64,000 nt of DNA from positions 192,001 through 256,000 of the forward strand of contig CAVYSE010000003.1 of NCBI GenBank assembly GCA_963771075.1. Direction: 5' to 3'. Source of the stretch: a candidate division FCPU426 bacterium. GTDB taxonomy: Bacteria; Oederibacteriota; Muellerivitia; Muellerivitales; Muellerivitaceae. The translations under genes were made by a program, and so were the position numbers. A model generated the notes under the pieces. That model was given only the letters and a program-made list of their open reading frames with translations, was not told the origin of the DNA and did no database searches. Below, piece after piece: positions 29,556 to 40,900 of the stretch. The first letter of the stretch is position 1, and each line of letters opens with the position of its first letter.

Positions 29556-32500
29556 TTACCGAACCACGACGATCTTGAGGCTCTTGCGGCCCGCCAAGAC
29601 CCCTTGAGGGTCGCGGGCCTCCAATAGCGCGAAATAAAGCCCACTGGCCACCCCAGAAGCGTCCCAAAAAGCCAGGTTTGAACCTGCCGGGCCGGACAGG
29701 TTTCCCACAACCAACTCACCGGCCGCGTCATAAACCCGCCCCTCCAGGGTGAGACTCAGTGCGGAATCCGAAACGAACTGGATTCGGTAGCCCGATTTCG
29801 GATTCGCCAGGTTTGGCCTTGCCGTCAGGTTCCCCAGCCCCGCGTTCGGGTTGTCCGACAGCACCATCACATGGGCCGACAGCACTGTTTCCCCTCCTTC
29901 GCCGTCCTTCGAACTGACTTGGATGAAATACTGCCCCGATGGCACGATCACCCCGTTGTCCGCGGTCCCATCCCATACGACCGTGGTCCCGCCACCGATC
30001 GTGAGGGTGACTTGGGTCGGGAGGTTCCCTTTCGGTGGTCCGCTTGTGGGCTCAAAACTGGACGTGGATAACTGCAGCTGGGCGTTCGGGGCCGGTCCGG
30101 CGCTTCCCGCATAGGCGTAGAGATTGCGTACCACTTCCCCGGCCTCGTTGAAAATCTTCACCGTCAACCGGGCCACCGTGCGGTTAACCATCACCGACTC
30201 GGTCACGCTCGTCACCGAGCCCAGGCTGCTGATACTTTCCACCTTCACGAAATACTGCCCATTCGGCACCGGAACTCCGGAGGCGTTCATGCCGTTCCAC
30301 ATTTCAATCGGAACCCCCTCGAAATAAACCGTGGTAGAGCTGCCCGGTCCGCTCACCGCCGTGATCGTGTCCGAGCTGAGGGTGAAGCCGTTGATTGGCT
30401 GGGCGTATTGGCTCACCGGCAGGGTCGCCACCCATTCCCCCGCCTCGTTGTAGACATCGATTTTTACCGTGAATTGCCCCGTCGTTCGCAGGCTTGCGCA
30501 GGATGTGACGGGGCCCGATCCCGAATAGGACATCACCGCGCAGTTCTGGATTGCCAGTCCGCCCGGCACCAGGTCCTTCACCTTCACTTGATAAGTCATC
30601 TGGTATTGTCCCGGGAACAGGGGGGATGGCATCTGCCAACTCAACATCGAGACTGCCGGGTCGTAGCTCGCGGCGGCGCCTGTGGGTATGTTCCCGAAGG
30701 ATTGGAATGTCAGGTCGTCCGGCAAGGGGTCGGTGACCAGCAGGTTGGAAAGACCACTTCCCGTCACATTCAAGGTGAGGGAATAAAGCACTTCCCCTCC
30801 TCCCTCAACGCTGGATGCGGAGGACTGCTTGATCAGGGTCGCGCTACCCGGTGGGGTCGCCGTCGCTGTGGAAGTCAAGGTCGCGGTCACGGTCGGGGTC
30901 CAGGTGAAGCTGGAAGTGAGCGTCGAGGTCGGGGTGAAAGTGGAGGTTCGGCTCGGGGTCATCGAGGGGCTCTGGGTCATGGATGGGCTACTCGTGGGAG
31001 TCAAGGTGGCAGTGGAGGTCGGGATCGGTGTGGCCGTGGACGTCACGGTCGACGTGGACGTCACGGTCTCCGTAGACGTTACCGTCGGCGTGGAAGTCAG
31101 GGTCATCGTGTATGAGACTGTCAAGGTGAGGGTGGGGGTAGCCGAGGACGAAGCGGTTCGGGTGACCGTTTCGGTCACGGTGGCCGAAAGCGTCATCGTA
31201 TCCGTCGGGGTCAAGCTGAAGGTGGTGGTTGCGGTCACGGTCGGAGTGAAGGTGGGGCTGGGCGTCGCGGTGAGGGTCGGAGTTGGGGTCACGGAAGGGG
31301 TATTAGGGGGCGTCACGGTCAAGGTCGGAGTAGAGGTCAAGGTATCGGTCGGGGTCGCCGTAGAAGAATCGGTCGCGGTAAGGGTGGAAGTCGGAGTATC
31401 GGTCGGAGTGAGGGTCGGGGTATCCGTAATAGTTGGGGTCAGGGGAAAGGTGTTTGTCCAGGTCGCGGTGAGGGTCAGGGTGGGCGTTTCGGTGACCGTC
31501 GGGGTGACTGAATTGGTGGGTGAATGAGTTGGGGTCATCGTAGGGGTGGATGTAAAAGTGGGTGTTTGGGTGTTGGTGGGAGTCGGGGTGGGTGTCATCG
31601 TTGGGCTAGGAGTCGAAGTATTTGTCGGAGTCACCGTATAAGTATGGGTGGCCGTCAGGGTGTTCGTTACAGTATCGGTGGGGGTCACCGTGGCGGTGTT
31701 GGTCACCGTTGGAGTATTGGTAATCGTTGGGGTTAAAAGGAAAGTTTGGGTCCAGGTCGGGGTAAGGGTCACCGTCGGGCTTAAGGTGGGGCTGGGCGTT
31801 ACCGTCGGGGTATAGGTAGTCGTGGGAGTCGGGGTGCGGGTGAGCGTATTCGTGGGGGTCGGGGTCGGCGTTTGGGAAGGCGTATTTGTCGGTGTAAATG
31901 TAGGTGTATTGGAATTGGTAGGCGTAGGGGTTGGGCTGGGCGTGTTGGTGGGTGTATTGGTTGCGGTGGAGGTAGGGGTGGAGGTGTTCGTCGGGGTGGT
32001 CGTTGAAGTGGGTGTTAGGGAATAGGTCGGCGTGTGGGTCGGCGTATCGGTGGGCGTGTTGGTGGGGGTACGGGTAGGAGTCGGGGTTGGAGTGGTAGTG
32101 AAGGTGGGGGTCGGGGTTGAGGTAGGGGTGGAAGTGTTCGTTGGGGTGGTTGTTGAAGTGGGAGTAATGGAATTGGTCGGTGTGGGGGTCGGCGTATCGG
32201 TAGAAGTAGGCGTTGGAGTCGGAGTGTTGGTGGGGGTGGGAGTGGGTGTATTCGTGAGGGTCGGAGTGGAACTTGGGGTGGGAGTAGAGGTATTCGTGGG
32301 AGTTAGGGTAGGTGTGCGCGTGGGGGTCTGGGTCGGGGTGTTCGTCGGTGTGGGTGAGCAGGGGTTGGACACCACATAGGAAAGGGTATAAGCAATGCCG
32401 TCCCAGTTTAAACTGGCGTTATCATCCGATATCGCCAAAACATTGCTTCCGACAATAAAATCAGAGGTTGGAAGGGTCAACGAGGTACAGGTGCTGAAAT

Positions 32501-33707
32501 TAACGGCACTTCCATTGACGGAATTGCCGTTGACGAAAATACTAAAGGTCTCCCCGTTCTGGTTCCCGTCATCCCCGGCAATGTTGAGGGCCGCTGAGGT
32601 CACGACCGTCCCCGGGGGAACGTTAAAATTTTTGACGTAATAAAAATAGCCATCCCCCAGGTCCGTATCTCCAGCGTTAGCGGCCGAAGAAATCCAATAG
32701 GGGGTGAGACCCGACCCCGTGATATTACAGGCCGCCGCCGCCCAATTGGTGGCAACAGGATTAACAATCACAGCCGAAGACCACCCGGACGCGGTGTGAT
32801 AATCGTAATTCGCCGAGTTCCACGCATTGCCATTGCCATCCGGGGGAGGTTTGGACGGAGCGAGTAAGTTGGGGTCCACCTCATTCGTGGAGTCGCTCAC
32901 GACAAAAAGAGTGGCGCTCGCGCCACAGGGTAACGGTGTAGGCGTGAGGGTGATCGTGGGGGTCAGGGTAATGGTGGGGGTCAGCGTGATGGTGGGCGAC
33001 TTGGTGGGAGTTCCAGTGTTCGTGCGGGTGGGGGATAGGGTGGGAGTGCTGGTGAAGTGGGTAGGGGTGAAGGTGAGTGTATTCAGGGTCGAACATACGT
33101 CGATGGCGGCACTGCCAACGACCGTGCTGCCCCCGCACAGGTAGGTGCTGTTCTGGATTCCAACGACGTCGACGGTGGCCCAGTTCCCCGAGACCGTGGC
33201 GGGGACCGTGACAGTCTCGATTAAAGTGACGGGATCCGTGGTCGCGAGGGATCCGGTATTCTCCGCCGCCGTGCACCCTCCCGGCCAGGCAATGGTCGAC
33301 GCGTTCCCAAAACCGATACTGTAGTCGTCGGTCGCGTATTGCTGGTTGGCGGGCCCAAAGACCGCCGTGACAGCGATGGCCTCACCCACGGTCACGCACC
33401 CCGTGGGCGCGGTTACGGTGATGGTCGTGAACTGTGCCAGGGACCGGGTGGGGGAAATAACCAAAAGGCCGGAGAGGACGAAAACCATGGCGAGCGGGGA
33501 AAGCGCTTTTATTCCCCGGTATAAAAAAAAGGAAACATCACATGATGAAATTTTTTGATTTGACCCACTGTCGAAAAAAATGGGCGCGGCCCATAAACGC
33601 TTTATAAACGGGCGGGCGATCGATCCGTTAAACTTGGCGACCCACATGGACAGCCTCAAACCGATTTCATTCGGGTATTTAGTTGTAGGTGTTGTTAATA
33701 ACTTCAA
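29556..33707 (-). CDS. Large secreted surface protein: N-terminal beta domains, Thr/Pro-rich stalk, DUF11-like domain, two FlgD-Ig-like domains, Por-like C-terminal domain
   Basis: TPT repeats over ~500 aa, VTDPLP motif, twice VYNEAGE/IFNEAGE...W[ND]G...V.P.GQYF, terminal ASGLYF...KIVVVR; true start probably near 33490-33540. Confidence 0.85.
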   Translation of the reverse strand: MKLLTTPTTKYPNEIGLRLSMWVAKFNGSIARPFIKRLWAAPIFFDSGSNQKISSCDVSFFLYRGIKALSPLAMVFVLSGLLVISPTRSLAQFTTITVTAPTGCVTVGEAIAVTAVFGPANQQYATDDYSIGFGNASTIAWPGGCTAAENTGSLATTDPVTLIETVTVPATVSGNWATVDVVGIQNSTYLCGGSTVVGSAAIDVCSTLNTLTFTPTHFTSTPTLSPTRTNTGTPTKSPTITLTPTITLTPTITLTPTPLPCGASATLFVVSDSTNEVDPNLLAPSKPPPDGNGNAWNSANYDYHTASGWSSAVIVNPVATNWAAAACNITGSGLTPYWISSAANAGDTDLGDGYFYYVKNFNVPPGTVVTSAALNIAGDDGNQNGETFSIFVNGNSVNGSAVNFSTCTSLTLPTSDFIVGSNVLAISDDNASLNWDGIAYTLSYVVSNPCSPTPTNTPTQTPTRTPTLTPTNTSTPTPSSTPTLTNTPTPTPTNTPTPTPTSTDTPTPTPTNSITPTSTTTPTNTSTPTSTPTPTFTTTPTPTPTRTPTNTPTDTPTHTPTYSLTPTSTTTPTNTSTPTSTATNTPTNTPSPTPTPTNSNTPTFTPTNTPSQTPTPTPTNTLTRTPTPTTTYTPTVTPSPTLSPTVTLTPTWTQTFLLTPTITNTPTVTNTATVTPTDTVTNTLTATHTYTVTPTNTSTPSPTMTPTPTPTNTQTPTFTSTPTMTPTHSPTNSVTPTVTETPTLTLTATWTNTFPLTPTITDTPTLTPTDTPTSTLTATDSSTATPTDTLTSTPTLTVTPPNTPSVTPTPTLTATPSPTFTPTVTATTTFSLTPTDTMTLSATVTETVTRTASSSATPTLTLTVSYTMTLTSTPTVTSTETVTSTSTVTSTATPIPTSTATLTPTSSPSMTQSPSMTPSRTSTFTPTSTLTSSFTWTPTVTATLTSTATATPPGSATLIKQSSASSVEGGGEVLYSLTLNVTGSGLSNLLVTDPLPDDLTFQSFGNIPTGAAASYDPAVSMLSWQMPSPLFPGQYQMTYQVKVKDLVPGGLAIQNCAVMSYSGSGPVTSCASLRTTGQFTVKIDVYNEAGEWVATLPVSQYAQPINGFTLSSDTITAVSGPGSSTTVYFEGVPIEMWNGMNASGVPVPNGQYFVKVESISSLGSVTSVTESVMVNRTVARLTVKIFNEAGEVVRNLYAYAGSAGPAPNAQLQLSTSSFEPTSGPPKGNLPTQVTLTIGGGTTVVWDGTADNGVIVPSGQYFIQVSSKDGEGGETVLSAHVMVLSDNPNAGLGNLTARPNLANPKSGYRIQFVSDSALSLTLEGRVYDAAGELVVGNLSGPAGSNLAFWDASGVASGLYFALLEARDPQGVLAGRKSLKIVVVR
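30855..32355 (-). repeat. Low-complexity Thr/Pro coding repeat
   Basis: Strongly G/T-skewed plus strand; duplicated block [17 protein letters not shown] about 150 nt apart (~31965 and ~32115). Confidence 0.9.
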
Positions 33708-34074
33708 ATCAGGGCTTCAACCCCGATATATAGACTTTAGCAGTTTTACCACCCTATTCAACAACACGAGAAAGTTTCAATAAGTTACATTTTCACGATA
33801 ATTATCCTTTGGTTATTGGTTTTACTTGTTTTTTTTGAAAATATTTTTGGGAAAGAATGAGCCCGTTGTTCGAGAAAGTAAGAAAAAGGTCAGCGGTGCG
33901 GCCCTCGGGCAATCCCAAGGGCTCCACGAAGTCCTGCTTTGTTAACCTAACCTTCGGAGGAAACGCCTTTCATCAACAGCTAATACCGGGGTTTTCAATT
34001 CCGTGTTCTTAAAAACGGAACGAAATGCCTGGGGATAAAATAAAATTCGTGAAAGGCTTCCCCTGTTTATTTTC

Positions 34075-35400
34075 CTAGATTTCATAATGAACCCTGCACG
34101 CCAGGATGCCCACCGGCCCCCGGTCCTGGTTATAGGCCGGATGATTGACACCCTGCAGATCAAGGGTTAAGCCGAATGAGGGGATGGGTTTGTAAAGGTA
34201 ATAAAACTCGAACACTTCCTCGGGAGCGTAATTCAAGGCGCCGTCCCCGATGTCAAAATCGGTACCGCCCGCCGCCAGGTAGGCCTGGTGTTGGGCGGAA
34301 ATCCCGGCGATGGCTAACGCCAGACCGGCGTTGTCCCCGGCGCAACCCCAGGCTTCCCCCCTCGCGGAAAAACCAAGGGAAGCCACCTGGTCCACGGCGG
34401 TATACATCCAGGTTTCGGTTTGGCCGTCATTCCAGCCCAATCGTGCGAAAAGTCCATAGTTCGCGCTCAGTAACTGCTCCCAGTTAAGACCCAGCCCGAA
34501 TTTATCACTGTATTGCTGGACCGCCGTCACGTCAGGCAAGGTGCCCGGGCTTGAAGCCATGGCGCTCAAGGCATCCGTGTACCTTCCCATGCGGGCGGCG
34601 TTGTCATAGACCAGGAATCGGAACTTCCCGGCTCCCCTATCGGTACCATAGCGCCATTCCAACTCGGCATTTTCCGAATGGGCTTGCGCCAGATTGGTGT
34701 CGTAAACCGAACCGTTGGGCTGTGTCGAGACCATGGCCTCGCAAAATCGGAAGGCCCAATCCTTTTGATTAAGATCCGCGACGATCCCGACCGTGTAACC
34801 GTGGGTGTCGGCGGAGTAATCCCAGGCCGCGTTACCCCCAAAGGTCAGGTTCATGAACTGGGTGCGGGCGTCATGGGCCAAGGCATTGTTATCGAAAAAA
34901 TCCCCTAAGGCAAATTTCCCCGCAGTGAGTGTGAGTCTGGAAATATCTTCCTTGCAAGAAAGCTGGTTTTGGTCGTCGTCGATCTTTTCCTGTTCACCAC
35001 CTAATCCGAGGACCTGTTGGAAATAGATCCGGGACTGGTTATAGGTTGGGTTGGGGGTGCCCACCTTGGAGATCTCCCCGTTGGGGAATTCCCCGATTCC
35101 CGTCACGTTGCTGAACCCGCTCCCCGCCGGGACTTCGGGGTCGGCGTATAAAGAGCCCCCGTCCCAAACCTTGAGGCCGAGAAATAGGGTGGCGGTGAAA
35201 GAGGCGTTCAATTCACTGCCGGGATCCAAGCTGGTGGTGCGTGAGGTGTATTTCGCCGAAAAGGGTGGGTGGAATTCGGGCAATAGGGTCGTTTGAAAAT
35301 GAACGTTGTAAAGTTCGGGGGTAAAGGGCTCGGCGGACTCATCCGCCCGAAGAGCTGGGACCCATCCCACGCAAATTAACAAAAAGAGAAGTTTTTTCAC
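34075..35400 (-). CDS. OprB-family carbohydrate porin (high-affinity Mn2+ porin-like)
   Basis: Signal peptide; TATLFLG, PE...G.GFS...G...FPNGE, FFDNN..AHD.RTQFMN, AWDY.ADT.GYT, GWNDG, GDGALNY.PE, PAYN.DRGP. Confidence 0.85.
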   Translation of the reverse strand: MKKLLFLLICVGWVPALRADESAEPFTPELYNVHFQTTLLPEFHPPFSAKYTSRTTSLDPGSELNASFTATLFLGLKVWDGGSLYADPEVPAGSGFSNVTGIGEFPNGEISKVGTPNPTYNQSRIYFQQVLGLGGEQEKIDDDQNQLSCKEDISRLTLTAGKFALGDFFDNNALAHDARTQFMNLTFGGNAAWDYSADTHGYTVGIVADLNQKDWAFRFCEAMVSTQPNGSVYDTNLAQAHSENAELEWRYGTDRGAGKFRFLVYDNAARMGRYTDALSAMASSPGTLPDVTAVQQYSDKFGLGLNWEQLLSANYGLFARLGWNDGQTETWMYTAVDQVASLGFSARGEAWGCAGDNAGLALAIAGISAQHQAYLAAGGTDFDIGDGALNYAPEEVFEFYYLYKPIPSFGLTLDLQGVNHPAYNQDRGPVGILACRVHYEI

Positions 35401-35529
35401 GAAAAATCTTTCAGGATTGGCTTAAAGGAAACGGAAGACCTTGGGGCGCACACACTATAAGAGAGGTCAACGGATTATTTAATTCTAAAATACGCAGTTT
35501 ACAATTTATTAACGGAATGGCCCCAAAAC

Positions 35530-35555
35530 AAAAAGCCGCCCAAAAGGACGGCTTT
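35530..35555 (-). terminator. Rho-independent terminator of rubrerythrin
   Basis: AAAGCCG...CGGCTTT stem with T-run on the minus strand. Confidence 0.7.
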
Positions 35556-35581
35556 CTGTTCGGGGCTTTAAAACTTATGAA

Positions 35582-36085
35582 TTATTTCACTTCGGCATAG
35601 GCTTTCTTGTTGGCCTTGCAGATGGGGCATTCATCGGGAGCCTCGTCCCCCTCGTGAGTGTGGCCGCAGACCTCGCAAACCCAGGTCTTCTTGGCGGGCA
35701 GGTCCTTCCCCTGTTCGACTGCCTCCAATGCCTTTTTATAAAGGTCATAGTGGCCCTTCTCCGCTTCCAGGGCGTACTTGAAGGATTTCACCGCAGCAGG
35801 CGCGAATTCCTTCTCGGCCAGGGCCAGGAAACCGGGATACATCTTTTCAAACTCATAAGCCTCGCCTTCCATGCCCGCCTTCAGGTTCTCGGCGGTGGAT
35901 TTCACCATCCCTAGGGCTCGAAAATGATTGAGTGCGTGAACCGTCTCGGCATAGGCGGCGGCACGGAAAATGCGGGCGACTTGCATTTTCCCCTCGGTTT
36001 CAGCCTTCTTGGCGAAAGCGGTGTACTTTCGGTTGGCTTGGGATTCCCCCGCAAAGGCTTCGAGCAGATTCTCTTTCGTGGCCAT
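35582..36085 (-). CDS. Rubrerythrin
   Basis: AFAGESQANRKY, AETVHA, GEAYE...MYP, EKGH, CEVCGH...CPIC. Confidence 0.95.
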   Translation of the reverse strand: MATKENLLEAFAGESQANRKYTAFAKKAETEGKMQVARIFRAAAYAETVHALNHFRALGMVKSTAENLKAGMEGEAYEFEKMYPGFLALAEKEFAPAAVKSFKYALEAEKGHYDLYKKALEAVEQGKDLPAKKTWVCEVCGHTHEGDEAPDECPICKANKKAYAEVK

Positions 36086-36183
36086 AAACTCTCCTTGAAC
36101 GGTTCTCTCCCCAAATCGCACTTGAATACCATAGAGACATTGGGCGAAGGGCATTATGACCCCGCTCAGTAACCATTGATCGT

Positions 36184-36992
36184 TCAACCCTTTGGTTCAA
36201 GGGTTTTTGGCATATTTAATGGAGCGGCGAAATAGACCAATCCCTGCGCCAATCCGCAAGCCATGAGCCCGAGGGTAAAAGCCCGGAAGATACCGAGCGG
36301 AACCAGGGTCATGGATAAGACCCCGCAAAAGACGCAAAAGCCGGCCATGCCCCTCAAACTGCCGTTCAAAAGCCGGGCCGCCCCCAGCCCCGCCCTGCCG
36401 AGCATGGGCAAAGGCCGCAAGAACGGCCGTCGCCACGGGAAAAGGCGCCAACGCCCCGCTATAGGCGGGACCCAACTGTCGTGCCACACCCGTTAGGCAA
36501 ACCACGAGGAAAGCCGTGGACACCATGCGCAATGGAATGTCCGTCCAGTCATGGGAGGCAGGAGCTTCTTTGGAAGCGGCGGTAACACGGGGCATCAACT
36601 TTTGTGCAAGGCCCAAGCCACCGAGGGCGATGAGAAAAGCTGGAGCCAAAGGAATGGAAAAAAATACCAGGAAATACTCCGCGATTAAAAAGGAGATCCA
36701 GCCGGCGGGCAGGGTTACGAACCATTTTTGCCGAAGGCTCACCCAGCTATAGGCGCAGGCGAAGCAGCCGAACCCCACCCCGCCCAACAGGGTTTCTTTC
36801 GCCGCCTCAGCCGCGAATAGCGATCCCTGTTCGAGGGCGAAGAAAAAAAGGATCGGACCCGCCACGATGGGAAAGGTGCTGATCCATCCCGAGACCCCCA
36901 GGCCCCATCGGCGTCCCGCCAAGGAGGCAAGGGCCACGAATAGCGGCGCCAAGGTACACTTAAAAAATAGAATGGAAATGGGCCTGCTCCAT
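36184..36992 (-). pseudogene. Polytopic membrane protein with apparent frameshifts near 36383 and 36981
   Basis: LAGRRWG..VSGW...FP..AGP and LGP..SG.LAPFP repeats. Removing one G at 36381-36385 gives HARQGGAGAARLLNGSLRG. Removing one C near 36981 links ATG 36992 to ISILFFKCTLAP. Confidence 0.65.
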
Positions 36993-37065
36993 ACCTGGAA
37001 TTATCACGGATATTATCGGATTGAACTGTTCTTAGGAAAGAGAAGCGCAGGGAAAAAAGGCTCTT

Positions 37066-37791
37066 TTATTTGGTCACGATGATGATCTGTACGGGTTTGA
37101 TAACGGGGAGCGGGTAGGATCCCCTCCGATGGGGATGGAAAACCGCGTTAGGCCTTCCCGGAGCGGGGGAATATACCTGCCCGGACTTGGTATCACCCTG
37201 GTAGGGCCCGCCATAATCGCCTTTCAACTCACCCGGCCTTTCGCCCTTGGGATCGACCACATTGCCATCGGCATCACAAAGGTAATAGGTCCCATCGCGG
37301 TAAAGGCATAAACGGTTATTATCGTCCGACCCTTTCCACCACCAGTTTCCATTGTAGTATCCCAGCCAACGGCCATTTTCTTTTTCCCTTGCCCAAAAGG
37401 TTCCTTGATATTCCAAGACCCATTGGAATTGGGTGTCGTTTTGCCAACCGATCCAATCATTTCCCTGCAGATCGATGTAATGGCAATAGGGTCCCTGGTC
37501 GTTCTGGTGCCAATACAGATGTTTTGGTAAGCTCTCTTCGTTCATTTGGCTCGAGAGTTCGGCCTTGAGTTTGAGTAATTCTTCCAGTCGATCGTGAGCA
37601 GGGAGCTGAACGGCCAATCGGGCCCGGATCAGGTTTCTCTCCCAATCCAACCTGGGAACGGGAGGCTCCTCAACCTGGTTGAAAGCTGGCGTCTCGAATA
37701 ATATTTGGGTTTTTTCAGGTTGGGCAAGGGAGGATTGGCCATTGACGAAAGTGGGAAAAAGGATGATCAGGGAAAATAAATAACGGTTCAT
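37066..37791 (-). CDS. Secreted Trp-rich hypothetical protein (paralog of 57797-58519)
   Basis: Signal peptide; YCH..D..NDW.GW, WVL, RWL.Y..G.WWW, YY.CD. Confidence 0.75.
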   Translation of the reverse strand: MNRYLFSLIILFPTFVNGQSSLAQPEKTQILFETPAFNQVEEPPVPRLDWERNLIRARLAVQLPAHDRLEELLKLKAELSSQMNEESLPKHLYWHQNDQGPYCHYIDLQGNDWIGWQNDTQFQWVLEYQGTFWAREKENGRWLGYYNGNWWWKGSDDNNRLCLYRDGTYYLCDADGNVVDPKGERPGELKGDYGGPYQGDTKSGQVYSPAPGRPNAVFHPHRRGSYPLPVIKPVQIIIVTK

Positions 37792-37945
37792 GGATTACCT
37801 CTATATATTTTAGACGTCATTAAAACGCCTCGAGTTTCGAAAAAAATAAGCTCAAGGTTTTGATAATAAATACAAGGTTTCCGAGCGGATGCCGAATACG
37901 TTTTATAAATGCATGGCGGTTCGTAATTCAATTCAGGGAAATCCA

Positions 37946-40900
37946 ATGAATCCAGTCAAACCATTCCTTTTAATGGCTTCCCTGGCGATGACCCCCATTT
38001 CCCTTTGGGCCCTTTCCCCCATGCACGCCTTTTACGACCTGGTGGTGGGCCAGGGGGTGACGGGATTCGCGGATGGCGCTTTTACCGAGGCCTGTTTCCA
38101 ATACCCCTGCGGGCTCGCCCTCAACGGGGATGGGACGCGGCTTTTCGTGGCGGATGAGGGAAACAACCGCATTCGGCTGGTGCTCCTCAACCAGGGAAAC
38201 GCCGTGACCACCCTGGCGGGAACGGGCGAGAAGATGGACCGGGACGGCCCGCTGGCTTCCGCCGCGTTCAACGACCCCCGTCTCGTGGTATGGATTCCTT
38301 CCAACCAATTGATCGTCTATGAGGGTGCGGGCTCCCGTCTGCGGCGGGTGGATCTCAGCGGAGGCCAGGTCCAGACCCTCCTTCAGCCTCAAGCCCCCGA
38401 ACTGGGCGGTGTCACCCTGGTGGATTGCAATGCCATGGTATACGACCCCTCGACCCAGGACCTTTATCTTTCCCAACCTGATCAAAATCTCCTCTGGAAG
38501 ATCGACCTGGCCGGGCCCAGCCTTTCCGTCACCCATTTCAAGACGCCTGCCCCCCTCCTCTCTCCCGATTGCCTTTGCCTTTACCGCGGGCACCTTTATG
38601 CTTCGGACCAGTCATCCTCCAAAGTATTTCAAGTGGATTTTTTACCCAAACCCCGGCATGCCCGCACTCTGAAAGTAACCCCTTTCGCGCAGGGCAGCAA
38701 GGTCCAGGCCCTGGCCGCCAATGGAAACGACCTGGTCGCCCTGCAGGACGATCCTAAACCAATAGTCTGTCTCAACTCGGGCCGCGCCGTCATTTCACCG
38801 ATGATCTGGGACCAACCCGTATATTATTCAGCAGGATGGGTCTTCGCTAAACCCTCGGATTGGTTCTCGACCTCCACATCCCCTTGCCTGATCCCCGACA
38901 CCCCGCATCCGGGCCAGTATTTCCTGGCGGAATTTGACCGCAACGAGATAATCCATTTTCGGGATGTGGAATACCAAGACCTGTCCGCAGAAAACACTGA
39001 AGCCCAACCGGGACTCATGCCTTACGGGCATTCGATGGAAAAAACCCCGGGGACCTTCCGCGTCCTTCTCGTGGCGGACCACCGTTTCCATGAGCCCCTT
39101 TCCGTGAATTCCACTACCGGCCAATTGCCCGGCCGATCCTTGAGCGCCCCACCCCCCGATCCCACCAAACCCCAACCCACCTCGGTTCCCTATCCCGATG
39201 TGATCCCCGATGATTTCTCCGCCACCAGCGCTTTTCCCTTATTCTCCCTGGCCATGCGCGCCGAATTGTCGCTCAACACCCGCGCCGCCCTGAAAGACGA
39301 TCCCCTTTCCTATGAGGTCTTGGCCCTGGACCCGGCGACGTTCGATCCTGCCCAACTTTCGGAGCTTATCTCAAAATACCACGTGGACCTGGTCCTGGCG
39401 GTGGAATCCTCCTCCCAAACGCCGGTCCCTTCGGAAGAATGGCTATCCCAGGCCTGGGCCGGTTTAAAGGCATCTCCAGGTTGCCGGATGGTGGTCAGTT
39501 TTTTCCCTGGCACGGGCGCCGTGGCGGATAGCGGCGCGGAAAGAGATGAAACCTTTTGGGCAAACGCCTGCGCGAATCAAGGTATTCCCCTCCTCGATTT
39601 GACCGCGTCCTGGACCGCCTTGAGGGCCTCTTTCTTTCCGGTATCCCCCGCCCCCGGGGAAAAATTGAACATCAAGGGGTTGTTTCTTTTGGGCTGGCTC
39701 CTTTCACGGGAGATCGCGGCACACCAGGGCTTCTCCCATACCGAGGCCGGCATTAGCGAACCGCTTCCCGGCCCCATGCGGCAATTCCTGGACTTGGCCG
39801 CCGGGGAGGGCCCGCCGGGCTACCGGGACGGAGCTTTTCCTTCCGCCCTCCTGGACGGCCCGGGAGGCCTGGCCATGGGCAAGGACGGTACCACCCTGTA
39901 TGTGGCGGACCGGAAAAACCACCGGATTCGAACGGTGCGGCTAAACGAAAACAATCGCATGGATACACTCGCCGGATCGGGAGATCCGGTGGAATTGGAC
40001 GGGACCTTCCCCGAGGCTTCCTTTGCCGACCCCGCCCTGATCGAGGACCTTCCCGATGGATTGGTGGTTTTGGAAGGCCTTAGCGGCCACCTGCGGTTCT
40101 TGGACCTTAAAAGCCGAAAGGTATCCACTTGGAAAGTCCGGGAAAAGGGCGAACCCTTGCCGCCGGACCGTTTGGCCGGTGTCTACAGTCTCTGCTACGT
40201 GCCCCGAGACCATTGCCTTTACCTGACCCAACCCTTGCAGGGTTTGCTCGAAAAGATTTCGTTGGACGACCTGGAACTCAAGGTGGTTCTGAAAAAAAAC
40301 AATCAGGCGCCCCTTCCCAAAGCCCTTTGCCTTTACCAAGGGTCCCTGTGCCTTTCCGACCGGCAAGGTTCCCAGGTTTTCAAATACAACCCCGAAGCCA
40401 ATCCCGCATCAGCGCTGGTTACCGTCGGCAAATGCGATGTATGCACAGCCCTAGCCGCTTCCAAGGACCGGCTATATGGCATCAGTGGTGAAAATCCCAA
40501 TTGGGTCCGGGTGGCTCCACCCCAGACGGACCTGCCCATTTCCCCTTGGTTTTACGGGTTTCAAGCGGTGAATTACAACTTTCCGATCTTCGAGGGCAGT
40601 CTCAGGGAAGAGGACCCTGCGCCAGGACTGGTGGCGGACCCCAGGGATGACAAGAGGCTGTTGCTGGCCTCACCCGGACTGAACCAGATCCTCAGCCTGC
40701 GGGATTATGATTTTCATGAATATTTGGACCCTTATAATTCCACACCCGACGGAATCTCGGACTTCGACTATCCTTCCACCAAACCCCCGGGAACCTACCG
40801 GTTGATGATTTGCGGTGATTCCCATATCTACCGAAACGACAGCGGAACCTGCCACATGGATGCAATGGCCAAACGCCTGGAAATTCAGTTGAACACGGAA

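Noticed and set aside
30829..32379. Val/Gly-rich plus-strand ORFs (also 47567-48256 and 48737-49018)
   Set aside because: Reverse-complement of Thr/Pro codon repeats; not independent genes and not a CRISPR array.
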